From Nannocystis bainbridge (lineage in GTDB: Bacteria > Myxococcota_A > Polyangia > Nannocystales > Nannocystaceae), in assembly GCF_028368995.1 (NCBI RefSeq), contig NZ_JAQNDL010000003.1:2688001-2752000 (forward strand): a DNA stretch of 64,000 nt. Direction: 5' to 3'. A program made the position numbers and the translations under genes. Within the stretch, counting starts at the first letter, position 1; each line of letters starts with the position of its first letter. Below the pieces are notes generated by a model. It made no database searches. It had not been told where the DNA came from and worked only from the letters and a program-made list of their open reading frames with translations. Of this stretch, positions 29,536 to 40,993 are shown in pieces.

Positions 29536-30294
29536 TCACGAAGGCGCGGCCACGTCGTTCGGCAGCTCGATCATCCGGAAGTGCGGCCCGTCGGGGTTGA
29601 GCCGGCGCAGCAGCGGCAGCGCCACGTTGTACACCGGCACCCCGTTGCTCATCTGTCCTTCGGGACATCCCTTGTGCGCGTGGCCGTGGACCACCGCCGA
29701 CACCGGGTAGCGCATCAACGGCTCTTCGAGCCGGCTCGAGCCGAGGAACGGGAAGATCTCGAGCGGCTCGCCCTCGACCGTCCCCCGGATCGGCGAGTAG
29801 TGCAGCAGCGCCAGGCGCTGCGGCGTACGCAGGCGGGCCAGCGCCGACTCGAGCTTGAGCGCCTCGTCGAGCGTCTCGCGCACGAACGCCTTGGTCCCCG
29901 ACTCGCCCCACGGGCCCAGCGAGTAGCGGCCGAACCCGCCGCAGAAGCCCTTGATCCCGGCGATCCCGACCCCGCGGACCTCGATCGACTCGCCGTCGAG
30001 CACCGTCACGCCGGCCGCGGTGAGGATCTCCTTCACCTCGTTCTCGTGGCCTGACTCGTAGTCGTGGTTGCCCAGCACCGCCACGATCGGCGCGCGCAGC
30101 CCGTGCAGCTCGCGCGCCAGCACATGCGCCTCCTCGGGCAGGCCGTAGTCCGTCAGGTCGCCGCACATCACCAGGACGTCGGCGTTCTGGGCCGCTTGTT
30201 GCAGCAGCGGCGCCAGCGCCCCGTGCGAGTGCTTGGTGCAGTGCAGGTCGCTGACCGCCGCGATGCGGGTGTTCGTGCTCGTCGCGCCATCCAT
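29536..30294 (-). CDS. Calcineurin-like metallophosphoesterase
   Basis: SDLH, GDLTDYG, GNHD, LHYSP, HGHAH. Confidence 0.92.
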   Translation of the reverse strand: MDGATSTNTRIAAVSDLHCTKHSHGALAPLLQQAAQNADVLVMCGDLTDYGLPEEAHVLARELHGLRAPIVAVLGNHDYESGHENEVKEILTAAGVTVLDGESIEVRGVGIAGIKGFCGGFGRYSLGPWGESGTKAFVRETLDEALKLESALARLRTPQRLALLHYSPIRGTVEGEPLEIFPFLGSSRLEEPLMRYPVSAVVHGHAHKGCPEGQMSNGVPVYNVALPLLRRLNPDGPHFRMIELPNDVAAPS

Positions 30295-30297
30295 CCG

Positions 30298-31080
30298 TCA
30301 CCTCCCGTGCTTGTCGATCGCGGCCGTCCAGTGGGCGATGTCTTCGCGCGACATCCAGTGCTCCTCGAGCCGGGCGTCGGCGAGGTCCCACAGGTCGATG
30401 TCGGTCAGGTATTGCTGTCTCGACAGCAACGTCCCTTTGCACACGCTCGTCTGGTCATATCCGTCGCGGCGCAGGCGGTCGAGCATGTCGCGCATCACCC
30501 GGTCGGGGATCTTGCTCTGCTCCCCGGGGTAGATGAAGCCGAACAGGATCAGGTGCGACAGCAGCACGCGGAAGTGTTCGCCGAAGCGCTCGACCAGGCG
30601 GTCCCAGTCGAGCTGGTCGGCGCAGGAGCGCAGCACGTGGGCGACGTCGGCCCCGTCGAAGCGCTCGCGCTCCATGATGAACGCCTTGCTCCACACCATC
30701 TCTTCGGGCGGCACCAGCAGCACGCTCTGGCCGAGCACCATGTCGCGGGGGGCGTGCGCGAACCATTGCTCGTCGACGCGGGCCACCGCGTTGCCGGAGC
30801 TGAAGATCACGTCGACGAAGTCCTCGCCGCAGTGGCACTTGCCCAGCCAGTGCGGGTACGCCATGTCGCAGGCGAAGCCCTCGGCGGCCAGCACCTCGAG
30901 CGTGCGCTCGGCGTCCTCCGGCAGCACGAAGATGTCGAGGTCCTTGGTGTGGCGCTCGATGCTGGTGTAGCGGGCGAACGCGTAGGCGCCGCCCACCATG
31001 AACGGCACCTCTGCGTTCGTCAGCGCGATCATCGTGCGGACGTAGAATGCCCGGGCGTGTGGGTCCACGAGGTCGGTCAT
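30298..31080 (-). CDS. Uncharacterised nucleotidyltransferase (Pol-beta superfamily)
   Basis: VGGAYA..RHTKDLDIF, VDVIF, KAFIMERERFDGAD. Confidence 0.85.
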   Translation of the reverse strand: MTDLVDPHARAFYVRTMIALTNAEVPFMVGGAYAFARYTSIERHTKDLDIFVLPEDAERTLEVLAAEGFACDMAYPHWLGKCHCGEDFVDVIFSSGNAVARVDEQWFAHAPRDMVLGQSVLLVPPEEMVWSKAFIMERERFDGADVAHVLRSCADQLDWDRLVERFGEHFRVLLSHLILFGFIYPGEQSKIPDRVMRDMLDRLRRDGYDQTSVCKGTLLSRQQYLTDIDLWDLADARLEEHWMSREDIAHWTAAIDKHGR

Positions 31081-31254
31081 GCGTCGTGCCTTCGGCATGG
31101 GGTTCTGGAACCTGAGCACCGCGGCGCCAAGCGTCGAAGCGGCGTCCGCCGCGACCGCCGAAAAGTGTGCTTCGCGTCAAATTCCGCCGCTGCCGGCCCG
31201 ATCGGCGGCGAACACGCGGCACCCCGGGCGCGGCCGGCGTCGGGGCTACGGGCC

Positions 31255-32760
<1,506 letters not shown>

Positions 32761-33340
32761 GGCCGGCAGCATAAGAGAATTCGGGCCCGCGGCGCCATCG
32801 CGCGTCCGCTCACGCTGATGCGCCCAGCAGCGCCCCGCGAGCCCTGCGAGCACGCGTCCGCGCGAGCGCGCCGGGCCGCACCCGCGGCCGGCCCCGCGCT
32901 GTCCGCTCCCCCTTGACGGCGCGACCCGCACCCGGAGATCGCCGCACCTCCGCCGGCAGACCCCCGCCTGCGGCCGCGCCGGATGGCGCGCTCGGTCCCC
33001 GCGCGCCCGCGTGCCCGCGGCGCCGACGTCCGCCGCCGCCTCCGACCGCCGCCCCGTCCGGGCCTGTCCCTTCGGACATCCGGTCTCCGCGCTCCCTGAC
33101 CGCATTTCACAATGCGCCGATCTTGCGTGACACCGGCGCAGCGGTGAATCAAAGCAGTTTGTTCTCAGCACATTGATCCGCGTCCGCGCGCGCCCCCGCC
33201 CGTCGCTCGCAGGCCCCAATCCATCCGCGTCTGCGCATTTCGTCGCCACGAATACGGCGTTCCTCGCGATCGCTCGTTCCCCGCCGCGTCCGTTCGCGCT
33301 TGAATGTAGCGAGACGCGAGCCTATCCTCGCCGCGGTCGG

Positions 33341-33732
33341 ATGGACGAATCGATGATGACGCTGCGACGTCTGCTCGCGGTCCACGACGAGGCCATCATC
33401 GACGCCGGCCTGGCGTGGGTGCGCCAGGCCGGCGCGCTCGACCTCGCGGAGCGGCCGCTCGCCGAGGCCCGGGCCCTGGTCGCCGACAGCGGCTCCTTCG
33501 CGTTCCACCCCGCGGGTTCTTCGCTCCGCATCTCCACCCCGCTGCGCCGCTCCTTCGCATTCCACCCCGCCGGTTCTTCACCCCCGCGCGCGGCACCGGC
33601 GGCAGCGGGCTCGCGCTCCACATCGTCCTCCACCCTGTCACCGAGTTGCTGGGCGGCACCATTCACCTCGACCCCGCGCCCGAGCGCGGCGCTCGCTTCA
33701 ACGTCCGCTTCCCCCCCGAGGCCGGCGCATGA
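33341..33732 (+). pseudogene. Internally deleted, frameshifted histidine kinase remnant
   Basis: N-terminal helical segment in one frame; HATPase tail FFTPARGTGGSGLALHIV..LLGGTI..GARFNVRFP in another; 31-bp duplication at the junction; TGA overlaps the next ATG. Confidence 0.7.
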
Positions 33733-35258
33733 CCCCTCCTGAAACGCGAACTTGCTCGATTCGGACCCCCTCTGCCCCGCTCGTGCCCCACCTCGGTCGC
33801 CTCGAGCTCGACCCGCGGCTGGTCGTCCGCAGCTTCGACGCCGGCTTCGCCGCGCTCGCGGGCGAGCGCGCCGACGAGGTCCTCGGGCGCCCGCTCGACG
33901 CCCTCTTCAGCGTCCGTGACCGCCGGGGGATCCGCCGCTTCGACGAGGCCATCAGCCACAGCGACGCCCGCCACATCGACCTCCACATCGACCTTCACCT
34001 CGGCGCCCGCGACGTCCTCGCCCGCCTCCTCCTCTCGCGCACCGATGTCGGCTGGCTCGCCTTCGTCGAGGATCTCGGCGGCGCCGGCAACCTCGTGTCC
34101 GAGCTGGCCCACAGCCGCGAGCTGTGGCGCGAGGTCGTGCATCAATCGGCCGAGGGCGTCGCCGTGCTCGGCAGCGACGGCCGCCTGCTCGAGTACAACC
34201 CCGCCTTCTTCCGCCTGCTCGACCTCCGCTCGACCCGCAACATCGCCCTCAGCGAGGAGGCCGTGCGCGGCGCCCCGCTCGTCGACCTGCTGCTCGACGA
34301 CTCGCTCGCCCCTCTGCGCGAGCACCTCGCCGGCAGCGGCGGGCTCGCCCGCGAATTGCAGCACCGCAGTCGCTGCCTCGAGTTCGCCGTTCGCCCGCTC
34401 GCCTTGCCGCGCCAGCGGTTCGCCGGCGTCTGGCTGGCCTTGCGCGACATCACCGAGCGGCGCCGCGCCGAGCGTCTGCGGGCCGCCCTCGACGCCGCCC
34501 GCGAGGAGCTCTTGCTCAAGGAGAAGCTCGCCGCGCTCGGCGGCCTCGTCGACGGCATCGCCCACGAGCTCGGCGACCCGCTCGGCGTCGCCGTCACCGC
34601 CGCCGGCCTCGCCCGCGATCAGCTGCACGAGCTGCGCGCCTCGTTCGAGGCCGGCATCCTGCGCCAGCGCGACATGCGGCACCACCTGCAGCAGGCCCTG
34701 GCCGCCGCCGACCTCGCCCTCGCCAACCTGCGCCGCGCCGCCGCCCTCGTCGCTGGCGTCAAGCGGGTCGCCGTCGACAGCTCCGAGACAATTCGGAGGG
34801 ACATGTCCGTCGGGACATATGTCAATACCATCGTCGCCGGCCTGAGCCCGTGGACCGCCGGCACCCCGCACCGCGTCCACGTCGAACTGCGCGCCGACCC
34901 GCTCGTCTCCGTGTTCCCGGCCGCCCTGGCGCAGATCGTCACCAACCTGGTCCACAACGCCCTGACTCATGCCTTCCCTGCCGGTCGCCCCGGTCGCATC
35001 GTCGTGTGGGTCGACGTCGCCGGCGACAAGGTCGAGATAGGCTGCCGCGACGACGGCGTCGGCATGACCCCCACCACCTTGCCGCGGATCTACGAGCCCT
35101 TCTTCACCACCACCCGCGAGCACGGCACCGGCCTCGGCCTCTACATCGTCCACAACCTCGTCACCGACCTCCTGCGCGGCACCGTCGTCGCCCGCTCCAC
35201 CCCCGAGCGCGGCACCACCGTGGTCATCCGCTTCCCCGCCCGCCCCGCAGACCCGTGA
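33729..35258 (+). CDS. PAS-domain sensor histidine kinase
   Basis: GIAHELGDPL, NLVHNA, DDGVGM, EPFFTT, GTGLGL. Confidence 0.92.
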   Translation: MTPPETRTCSIRTPSAPLVPHLGRLELDPRLVVRSFDAGFAALAGERADEVLGRPLDALFSVRDRRGIRRFDEAISHSDARHIDLHIDLHLGARDVLARLLLSRTDVGWLAFVEDLGGAGNLVSELAHSRELWREVVHQSAEGVAVLGSDGRLLEYNPAFFRLLDLRSTRNIALSEEAVRGAPLVDLLLDDSLAPLREHLAGSGGLARELQHRSRCLEFAVRPLALPRQRFAGVWLALRDITERRRAERLRAALDAAREELLLKEKLAALGGLVDGIAHELGDPLGVAVTAAGLARDQLHELRASFEAGILRQRDMRHHLQQALAAADLALANLRRAAALVAGVKRVAVDSSETIRRDMSVGTYVNTIVAGLSPWTAGTPHRVHVELRADPLVSVFPAALAQIVTNLVHNALTHAFPAGRPGRIVVWVDVAGDKVEIGCRDDGVGMTPTTLPRIYEPFFTTTREHGTGLGLYIVHNLVTDLLRGTVVARSTPERGTTVVIRFPARPADP

Positions 35259-35437
35259 ATCACGACACCCGCCGAGCAGCCCTCTCCGACGCTCCACCCG
35301 CAGGTCCACGATTCCTCGCCGCTCGTTACCTCCGACCCTCCTCGTCGCAACCAACCCGCGCCCTTGATGCGACCTGCTCGAGTATATTAGCCATGCCTTC
35401 GCGGCCTCGTGGACCGCTCTTCGCTCGCCCGTCCGCC

Positions 35438-36190
35438 ATGCTCTTCGACGCCCACCTCCACATCATCGAACCGCGCTTCCCGCTCGTCCCCAATCAAGGC
35501 TGGCTGCCCGCTGCTTTTGATGTCCCCGAGTACATGTCCCATGCGACAGCCATGGGCATCACTGGCGGCGCCGTCGTGTCCGGCTCGTTCCAGGCGTTCG
35601 ACCAGTCGTACCTCGAGGACGCCCTCGCCCGGCTCGGCCCCACCTACGTCGGCGTCACCCAGCTCCCGGCCGACGTCCCGGACGCCGAGGTCGTGCGACT
35701 GAACCATCTCGGCGTCCGGGCCGTGCGCTTCAACCTGCGTCGCGGTGGTTCGGCCGACCTCGCCGACCTCGAGACCCTCGCCCGCCGCGTCCACGACCTC
35801 GCGGGATGGCACACCGAGCTCTACGTCGATTCGTCCGACCTGTCGGAGCTCGCGCCGCGACTGCGTGCGCTGCCCCGGGTCAGCATCGATCACCTCGGCC
35901 TGTCGGCGGCCGGTCTGCCGACCTTGCTCGCGCTGGTCGAGCATGGCGTGCGCGTCAAGGCCACCGGCTTCGGCCGCGTCGACTTCGAAGTGGCTGACGT
36001 CCTGCGCCAGATCTCCGCCATCGACCCTCACGCCCTCATGTTCGGCACCGACCTGCCCTCGACCCGCGCCCCGCGGCCCTTCACACCCGCGGACCTCCCT
36101 CTTTTAAAAGAGGCCCTGAGCCCCGAGCTGTCACGCCGCGCCCTCTACGACAACGCGATCGCCTGGTACCGCCCCGCCGCCCTCGCATAA
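35438..36190 (+). CDS. Amidohydrolase family protein (2-pyrone-4,6-dicarboxylate lactonase-like)
   Basis: FDAHLH, VRFN, IDHLG, MFGTDLP. Confidence 0.88.
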   Translation: MLFDAHLHIIEPRFPLVPNQGWLPAAFDVPEYMSHATAMGITGGAVVSGSFQAFDQSYLEDALARLGPTYVGVTQLPADVPDAEVVRLNHLGVRAVRFNLRRGGSADLADLETLARRVHDLAGWHTELYVDSSDLSELAPRLRALPRVSIDHLGLSAAGLPTLLALVEHGVRVKATGFGRVDFEVADVLRQISAIDPHALMFGTDLPSTRAPRPFTPADLPLLKEALSPELSRRALYDNAIAWYRPAALA

Positions 36191-36195
36191 TCACT

Positions 36196-36575
36196 GCTCG
36201 CCCGTTCGTACTGAATCACGCTGCGCCACTGTGCCTCCTCCGTTCCGTGCTGCTCACCCCGCAGCGTTGCGCCTCGCCCGTTCATGCCAGTCACCCCGCG
36301 GCGTTGCGCCTCCTCCGTCCGCGCTGGTCACCCCGCGGCATTGCCCCTCCGTTCTTGCTGGTCCCCTGCGGTCATGCACCTCGCCCGTTCGTGCTGCTCA
36401 CCCCCGCGGCGTTGCGCCTCGCCCGTTCGTGCCAGTCACCCCGCGGCGTTGCGCCTCGCCCGTTCGTGCCAGTCACCCCGCGGCGTTGCGCCTCCTCCGT
36501 CCGTGCTGGTCCCCCCGCGCCGTTACGCTTCCTCCGTTCGTGCTGGTCCCGCTGCGGTCATGCACCTCGCCCGCT
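36196..36575. repeat. About 10 tandem copies of a ~37-bp unit GCCTCGCCCGTTCGTGCCAGTCACCCCGCGGCGTTGC
   Basis: Identical adjacent copies at 36416 and 36453; near-identical copy at 36271; no spacers. Confidence 0.93.
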
Positions 36576-36583
36576 CGCGCCGC

Positions 36584-38500
36584 TCACGTCGGCTCCTCGC
36601 GCAGCCTCCCGTTCGCCAACCGCACCGTTCGGCCTGCGCACAGCCCCACGAAGCGCGCGTCGTTCGTGGCCACCAGCGCCGCCCCGCCCGCGGCCGCGTG
36701 CTCGCGCAGCATCGTCGCCATCAGCGCGCCGCCGGCCGGATCGAGGCCATTGCTCGGCTCGTCGAGCACCCATAGCGGCGGCGCCCCGATCGTCGCCGCC
36801 GCCAGGTACGTCCGCTTCACCTGGCCGAAGGACAACGTGCGCATCCGCTGCTCCATCACTGGCGTCAATCCCAGGCGCTCGCACAGCGCCGGGCTCGGCG
36901 GCGGCGCGCGCTTGATCACAGCGACCAGCGCCAGCAGCTCGCGCACTCCCAGGTCCGGGAACGCATCCGCCGTGTCGGGCGCATAGGCCAACGCTCGCCG
37001 CCCTTCGGCGCCTCCGTCCAGCGCTGCCCCGGCCACCGTCACCTGCCCGCGATCGGGTTCGACCAGCCCGGCCGCGATCCGCAGCAGCGTCGACTTGCCG
37101 GCCCCGTTCTCGCCCAGCAGCAGCACCACCTCGCCGGCGGCGCAGCGCAGATCGATCTCCTCCAGCACGATCCGGGTCCCCAGCCGCTTGCGCACACCGA
37201 TCATCGCCAGCACCACCGCCGCACCTCCAGCTGCTCGCCCATCGCGGCTGACCGATCGGGCATGTCCGAACAACCATATCACCGCCACCGCCAGCGCCCA
37301 CGCCAGCATTGCCAGCGTCGGTTGCCACGCCAGGGTGGCCAGCGCCAGCGTCGCCGCCAGCAATAGCACCAGCACCAGTCGCCCCGGCCCCCGGCTGCCG
37401 AATCGCTCCGTCCAGCGCCCCGCCAGCCCGGCGAAGGTCAGCAGACTCGCGCCCGCCAGCCCCCCCGCCAGCAGCAGCCGCGGCGCCGACGACCACTCCG
37501 TCGCCAGTGCCAGCGCGGCCGCGCTGGCGACCCCGAGTCCGGCTCCCAGCCCCGCCAACGCCAGCGCCATCGCCCCGCGCCGGATCGGCCCCGACGCCCC
37601 CGCCGTCCGCAGCAACCACAGCGCCCCGGCCTCGAGCCGCAGCAGCGGCCCGCTCGCCGCCGACCCTGCGACCAGCCCCGCCGGCACCATGAAGCCGCAC
37701 AGATAGTGCTGCAGCCCCGACGGATCGCGCACCGCATTGGTGCGCGCCGCCAGCCACGCCGCCGCCGTCGCCAGCGCCATCATCAGCGCTCCGCGGGCCA
37801 GCACCGTCGCGTGCCCGCGGGCCACACTCGTCAGCAGCGCCTGCGCCAGCATCCACGGCCCTGGCAGCCGCCGCGACAGACCGCGCCCGCCTGACGAGCG
37901 CGTCGGCGCCGCCAGCCACGCCGCGCGCAACGCCAGCAGCGCGATCGGCCAGCTCACCACCGCCAGCACCAGCGGCGGAGCCAGGACCAGACCTGCCACC
38001 ACCGCCATCACCGCGGCCCATCCGCGCGCCCCCGCCGGTCGTGCCAGCAGCACCCCGTGCCCCGCCAGCGCCCCGCCGAGCGCGCCTGCGGCCGCCACCG
38101 GCCCGCCCCCCAGCGCCCAGAGCAGCCCCCACAGCGACTCGGCCACCAGCGAGAAGCCCAGCAGGATCGCCAGGTGCCACCCGCGCCGCGCCGGCAGTGA
38201 GCGCAACCACAAGCTCGACCTCGACTGCCACAGCGCCGCCATCGTCGGCGCCAGCGCGATCAGCCACGCGCACCACAGCAGCGCCCGCGCCAGCGGCGAC
38301 GCCCCTGCGCCCTCGACCACCGTCGCCGTCGTCAACCCGTTGCCGCCGAACAACAGCCCCGCCACCGCCACGAGCCCGACGTACACCGGCAGCCCACGAC
38401 GCGACGCCTCCTGACCCGCCGTCAGCGCGAGCGCCCGGGCCAGCGCCCACGCTGCGGGCAGTTCGGCGAGGACGCGCGCGACCGCCACGCGCCTTGCCAT
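36584..38500 (-). CDS. Fused polytopic membrane domain + ABC ATPase (CcmA-like ATPase)
   Basis: Many hydrophobic helices, then GENGAGKST, LSFGQ, VLDEP, ATND. Confidence 0.8.
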   Translation of the reverse strand: MARRVAVARVLAELPAAWALARALALTAGQEASRRGLPVYVGLVAVAGLLFGGNGLTTATVVEGAGASPLARALLWCAWLIALAPTMAALWQSRSSLWLRSLPARRGWHLAILLGFSLVAESLWGLLWALGGGPVAAAGALGGALAGHGVLLARPAGARGWAAVMAVVAGLVLAPPLVLAVVSWPIALLALRAAWLAAPTRSSGGRGLSRRLPGPWMLAQALLTSVARGHATVLARGALMMALATAAAWLAARTNAVRDPSGLQHYLCGFMVPAGLVAGSAASGPLLRLEAGALWLLRTAGASGPIRRGAMALALAGLGAGLGVASAAALALATEWSSAPRLLLAGGLAGASLLTFAGLAGRWTERFGSRGPGRLVLVLLLAATLALATLAWQPTLAMLAWALAVAVIWLFGHARSVSRDGRAAGGAAVVLAMIGVRKRLGTRIVLEEIDLRCAAGEVVLLLGENGAGKSTLLRIAAGLVEPDRGQVTVAGAALDGGAEGRRALAYAPDTADAFPDLGVRELLALVAVIKRAPPPSPALCERLGLTPVMEQRMRTLSFGQVKRTYLAAATIGAPPLWVLDEPSNGLDPAGGALMATMLREHAAAGGAALVATNDARFVGLCAGRTVRLANGRLREEPT

Positions 38501-39467
38501 CGCAGGACCCGCGGCGCCTGTCAATGCCGGCCCGTCCCCGCGTCGCCCTGCTCGCTCCACCTCGGGAGCCTTCTCCGGCGCGCGTCGCCTGACCATCATC
38601 CTCCGCGCGGAGACTCTGGCCGACCCGATCTTCTTCCTCGATCGACCTCGCCCCGTCGGGGTCGACCTCGCAGCCGCGTCCATGGGCGCTCGCCGACGTC
38701 CCCGTCGCTCCCTCCACGCTGCCCTGACCGCGCAAGCGACCACCGAGGAAGCAGGCAAAAAGCCGTTGCAGGCGCGAACGGACGGTCACGAAAACATCCA
38801 CGACGAGCGCTCCATCGATTCCTCGTTGGGTCTACACGCATACCATTGCCCTCGCAACGCCCGCTGGTCGTGAGTCCCAGCCACAACTCGATTTGGCCCC
38901 TCACCATCGCAGCAGGGCCAGCCCAACCGAGATTGGTGAGCCAATGCAATCTCTCGCCCTGGACCTTCGACGACGGCGACCGCATCCTGCTGAGCCGGCT
39001 CGCCCGCGATCTTCCACTCCCGACAATCGAATGCCACGGATCACCGCCTATGTACATTGTGCAGCCACGACCGCGACGACCTCGTCACCCCGCGAGCGCC
39101 GGCCGACGAGCACCTACATTGTCGACATCGACCCACCGCCAGACCCCAATTTCGCCCCACGCGGCCCCCGCCTCGCTTTCAGGGTCTGGCGCTGGCGCCG
39201 AGCTGACTACCTGCGCGGCCCTCCGCGGCCCACTCCGCGTGCGCACAATCGCTCGACTCAGCCCCTCCCGGACACCGCGAATTGCGCACTCTGAAGACGG
39301 CGCCAATCCCGCAGCTACCGCAGCCGGCGCAAACCTGGCTACGACCCGTTTACGGGGCCCCTCGTAGAATTGTGCGCGGCGCACGCAGCGCGATTGCTCT
39401 TCTCCCTGGGCAGTCCATGCAGGGGGTCCAGGGTGGCGTACGCGTCCCCGTGCCCACCGAGGATTCC

Positions 39468-39638
39468 ATGCGTGATCACAACCATACCCCTCAAGCCCCC
39501 TACCACCGGGAACACCCGAACATCCCGCTGTCGATGACGGCCGCGGACAGCGCCCCGTATACGGCCGCGTCCAGCTTCTCGCCGTGGGGCGGCGACGATT
39601 TGGAAGAGTGCGAAGAGGAGCCGTGCGCCTGGTCGTGA
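39468..39638 (+). CDS. 56-aa small protein of unknown function
   Basis: GAGGA RBS, host-like codon usage, ends GGDDLEECEEEPCAWS, followed by a hairpin. Confidence 0.55.
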   Translation: MRDHNHTPQAPYHREHPNIPLSMTAADSAPYTAASSFSPWGGDDLEECEEEPCAWS

Positions 39639-39805
39639 CTGGCCTCTGGGCCAGGTCCTCGAGGACAGGCCCCTCTCGCGAGCCCGGCGCGTGAATTCCA
39701 AGGCGCGTCCGGCGATCGGGCGAAATTGCGCCAATTGACGAGAAGCTGGTCGTAAAGGGCGTCCAGACGATTGACAAGCGGTGGCCCGTCGGACGAATTG
39801 GGGCC

Positions 39806-40960
39806 GTGCAGTCCGTCACGCCCCTCACTGTGCGCATCCGCCGCGCGTTCTCTCGGCTGTTCGATTCGCGGCGGATCGGCCGCAGCATCGCCCTCGGCGC
39901 TGCGCTGTCCGTGCCGCTGATCGCTTGCACCTCGCTGACCCTCACTCGCCTGAATTCGGCGCAGAAGAAGCCCAACAACGTGTGGGTATTCTTCACCGTC
40001 GAGCAGAACGAGGAGCCGGTCGCAGGCCTCCAGGCCGAGGACTTCCAGATCTACGAAGACGGCGATCTGGTCTCGACCTACGAGAGCAAGCAGGTCATTC
40101 AGAACCCCGAGGTCGCGGCGGTCATGTACACCATGCTGCTGCTCGACGTGTCGGGCTCCGTGTCCGAGTCCGGCTCGGCGGACCAGTTGGTCGACGCCGC
40201 GCAGCTGTTCACCGACCGCGTCGGCAAGACCCAGAAGGTCGGCGTCTACGCGTTCGACGGTGAGAAGGAGCTGCACTCGGTGACGCCCTTCACCGAGTCG
40301 GAGGGCGCCGTCTCGGGCGGCCTCGACGGCCTGCGGACCTACAAGCCCAAGGACCCCTCGACCAACCTTCACGGTGCGGTCATGGAGGGGCTCAAGGAGC
40401 TCAAGAAGTCGCTCGACAAGGAGAAGAAGCCGCTCAAGTTCGGCACCCTCGTCGTGTTCACCGACGGCACCGACCGCGCCGCCCGCTTCTCGCGCGAGGA
40501 CATGAAGGGCGAGCTGCTGAAGGAGCAGTACAAGGACTACGAGATCTACGCGATCGGCGTCGGCGCGGAGATCAAGAAGGCCGGCCTCGGCGACATCGGC
40601 CGCGACGGCACCGAGCTGGCGACCGAGCAGACCGGCGTCAAGACGGCCTTCGAGAAGGTCGCCGACCGCATCGAGCGCCACACCAAGCGCTTCTACCTGC
40701 TGTCCTACTGCACCCCGGCGCGCAAGGGCACCCACACCGTCCGCATCGTCGCCAACAGCAAGAGCCCCAAGGGCTCCGGCCAGCTCGAGTGGGACTTCAA
40801 CGCCGACGGCTTCGGCCCCCCGCCTGAGTGCGACCCCAACACCCCGCCCGTGTTCCCGCTCAAGACCGGCGAGATCGTCGACACCGGCAAGATCCAGGGC
40901 GACAGCGGCAGCGGCGGCAAGGTCAAGGTCAAGGCCAGCGCCTCCGCCTCGGCCGGTTAA
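39806..40960 (+). CDS. vWA-domain lipoprotein (start uncertain)
   Basis: LIAC lipobox, MIDAS LLDVSGS, TNLHGAV, VFTDG, YLLSY. Confidence 0.88.
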   Translation: MQSVTPLTVRIRRAFSRLFDSRRIGRSIALGAALSVPLIACTSLTLTRLNSAQKKPNNVWVFFTVEQNEEPVAGLQAEDFQIYEDGDLVSTYESKQVIQNPEVAAVMYTMLLLDVSGSVSESGSADQLVDAAQLFTDRVGKTQKVGVYAFDGEKELHSVTPFTESEGAVSGGLDGLRTYKPKDPSTNLHGAVMEGLKELKKSLDKEKKPLKFGTLVVFTDGTDRAARFSREDMKGELLKEQYKDYEIYAIGVGAEIKKAGLGDIGRDGTELATEQTGVKTAFEKVADRIERHTKRFYLLSYCTPARKGTHTVRIVANSKSPKGSGQLEWDFNADGFGPPPECDPNTPPVFPLKTGEIVDTGKIQGDSGSGGKVKVKASASASAG

Positions 40961-40993
40961 CTGAGCCGCGCGCGCTCGCGTCAGCGCCGAGAA

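Noticed and set aside
36196-36575. CRISPR array (37-bp repeat)
   Set aside because: Units are contiguous and degenerate with no unique spacers. The ORFs called across it are repeat artefacts.
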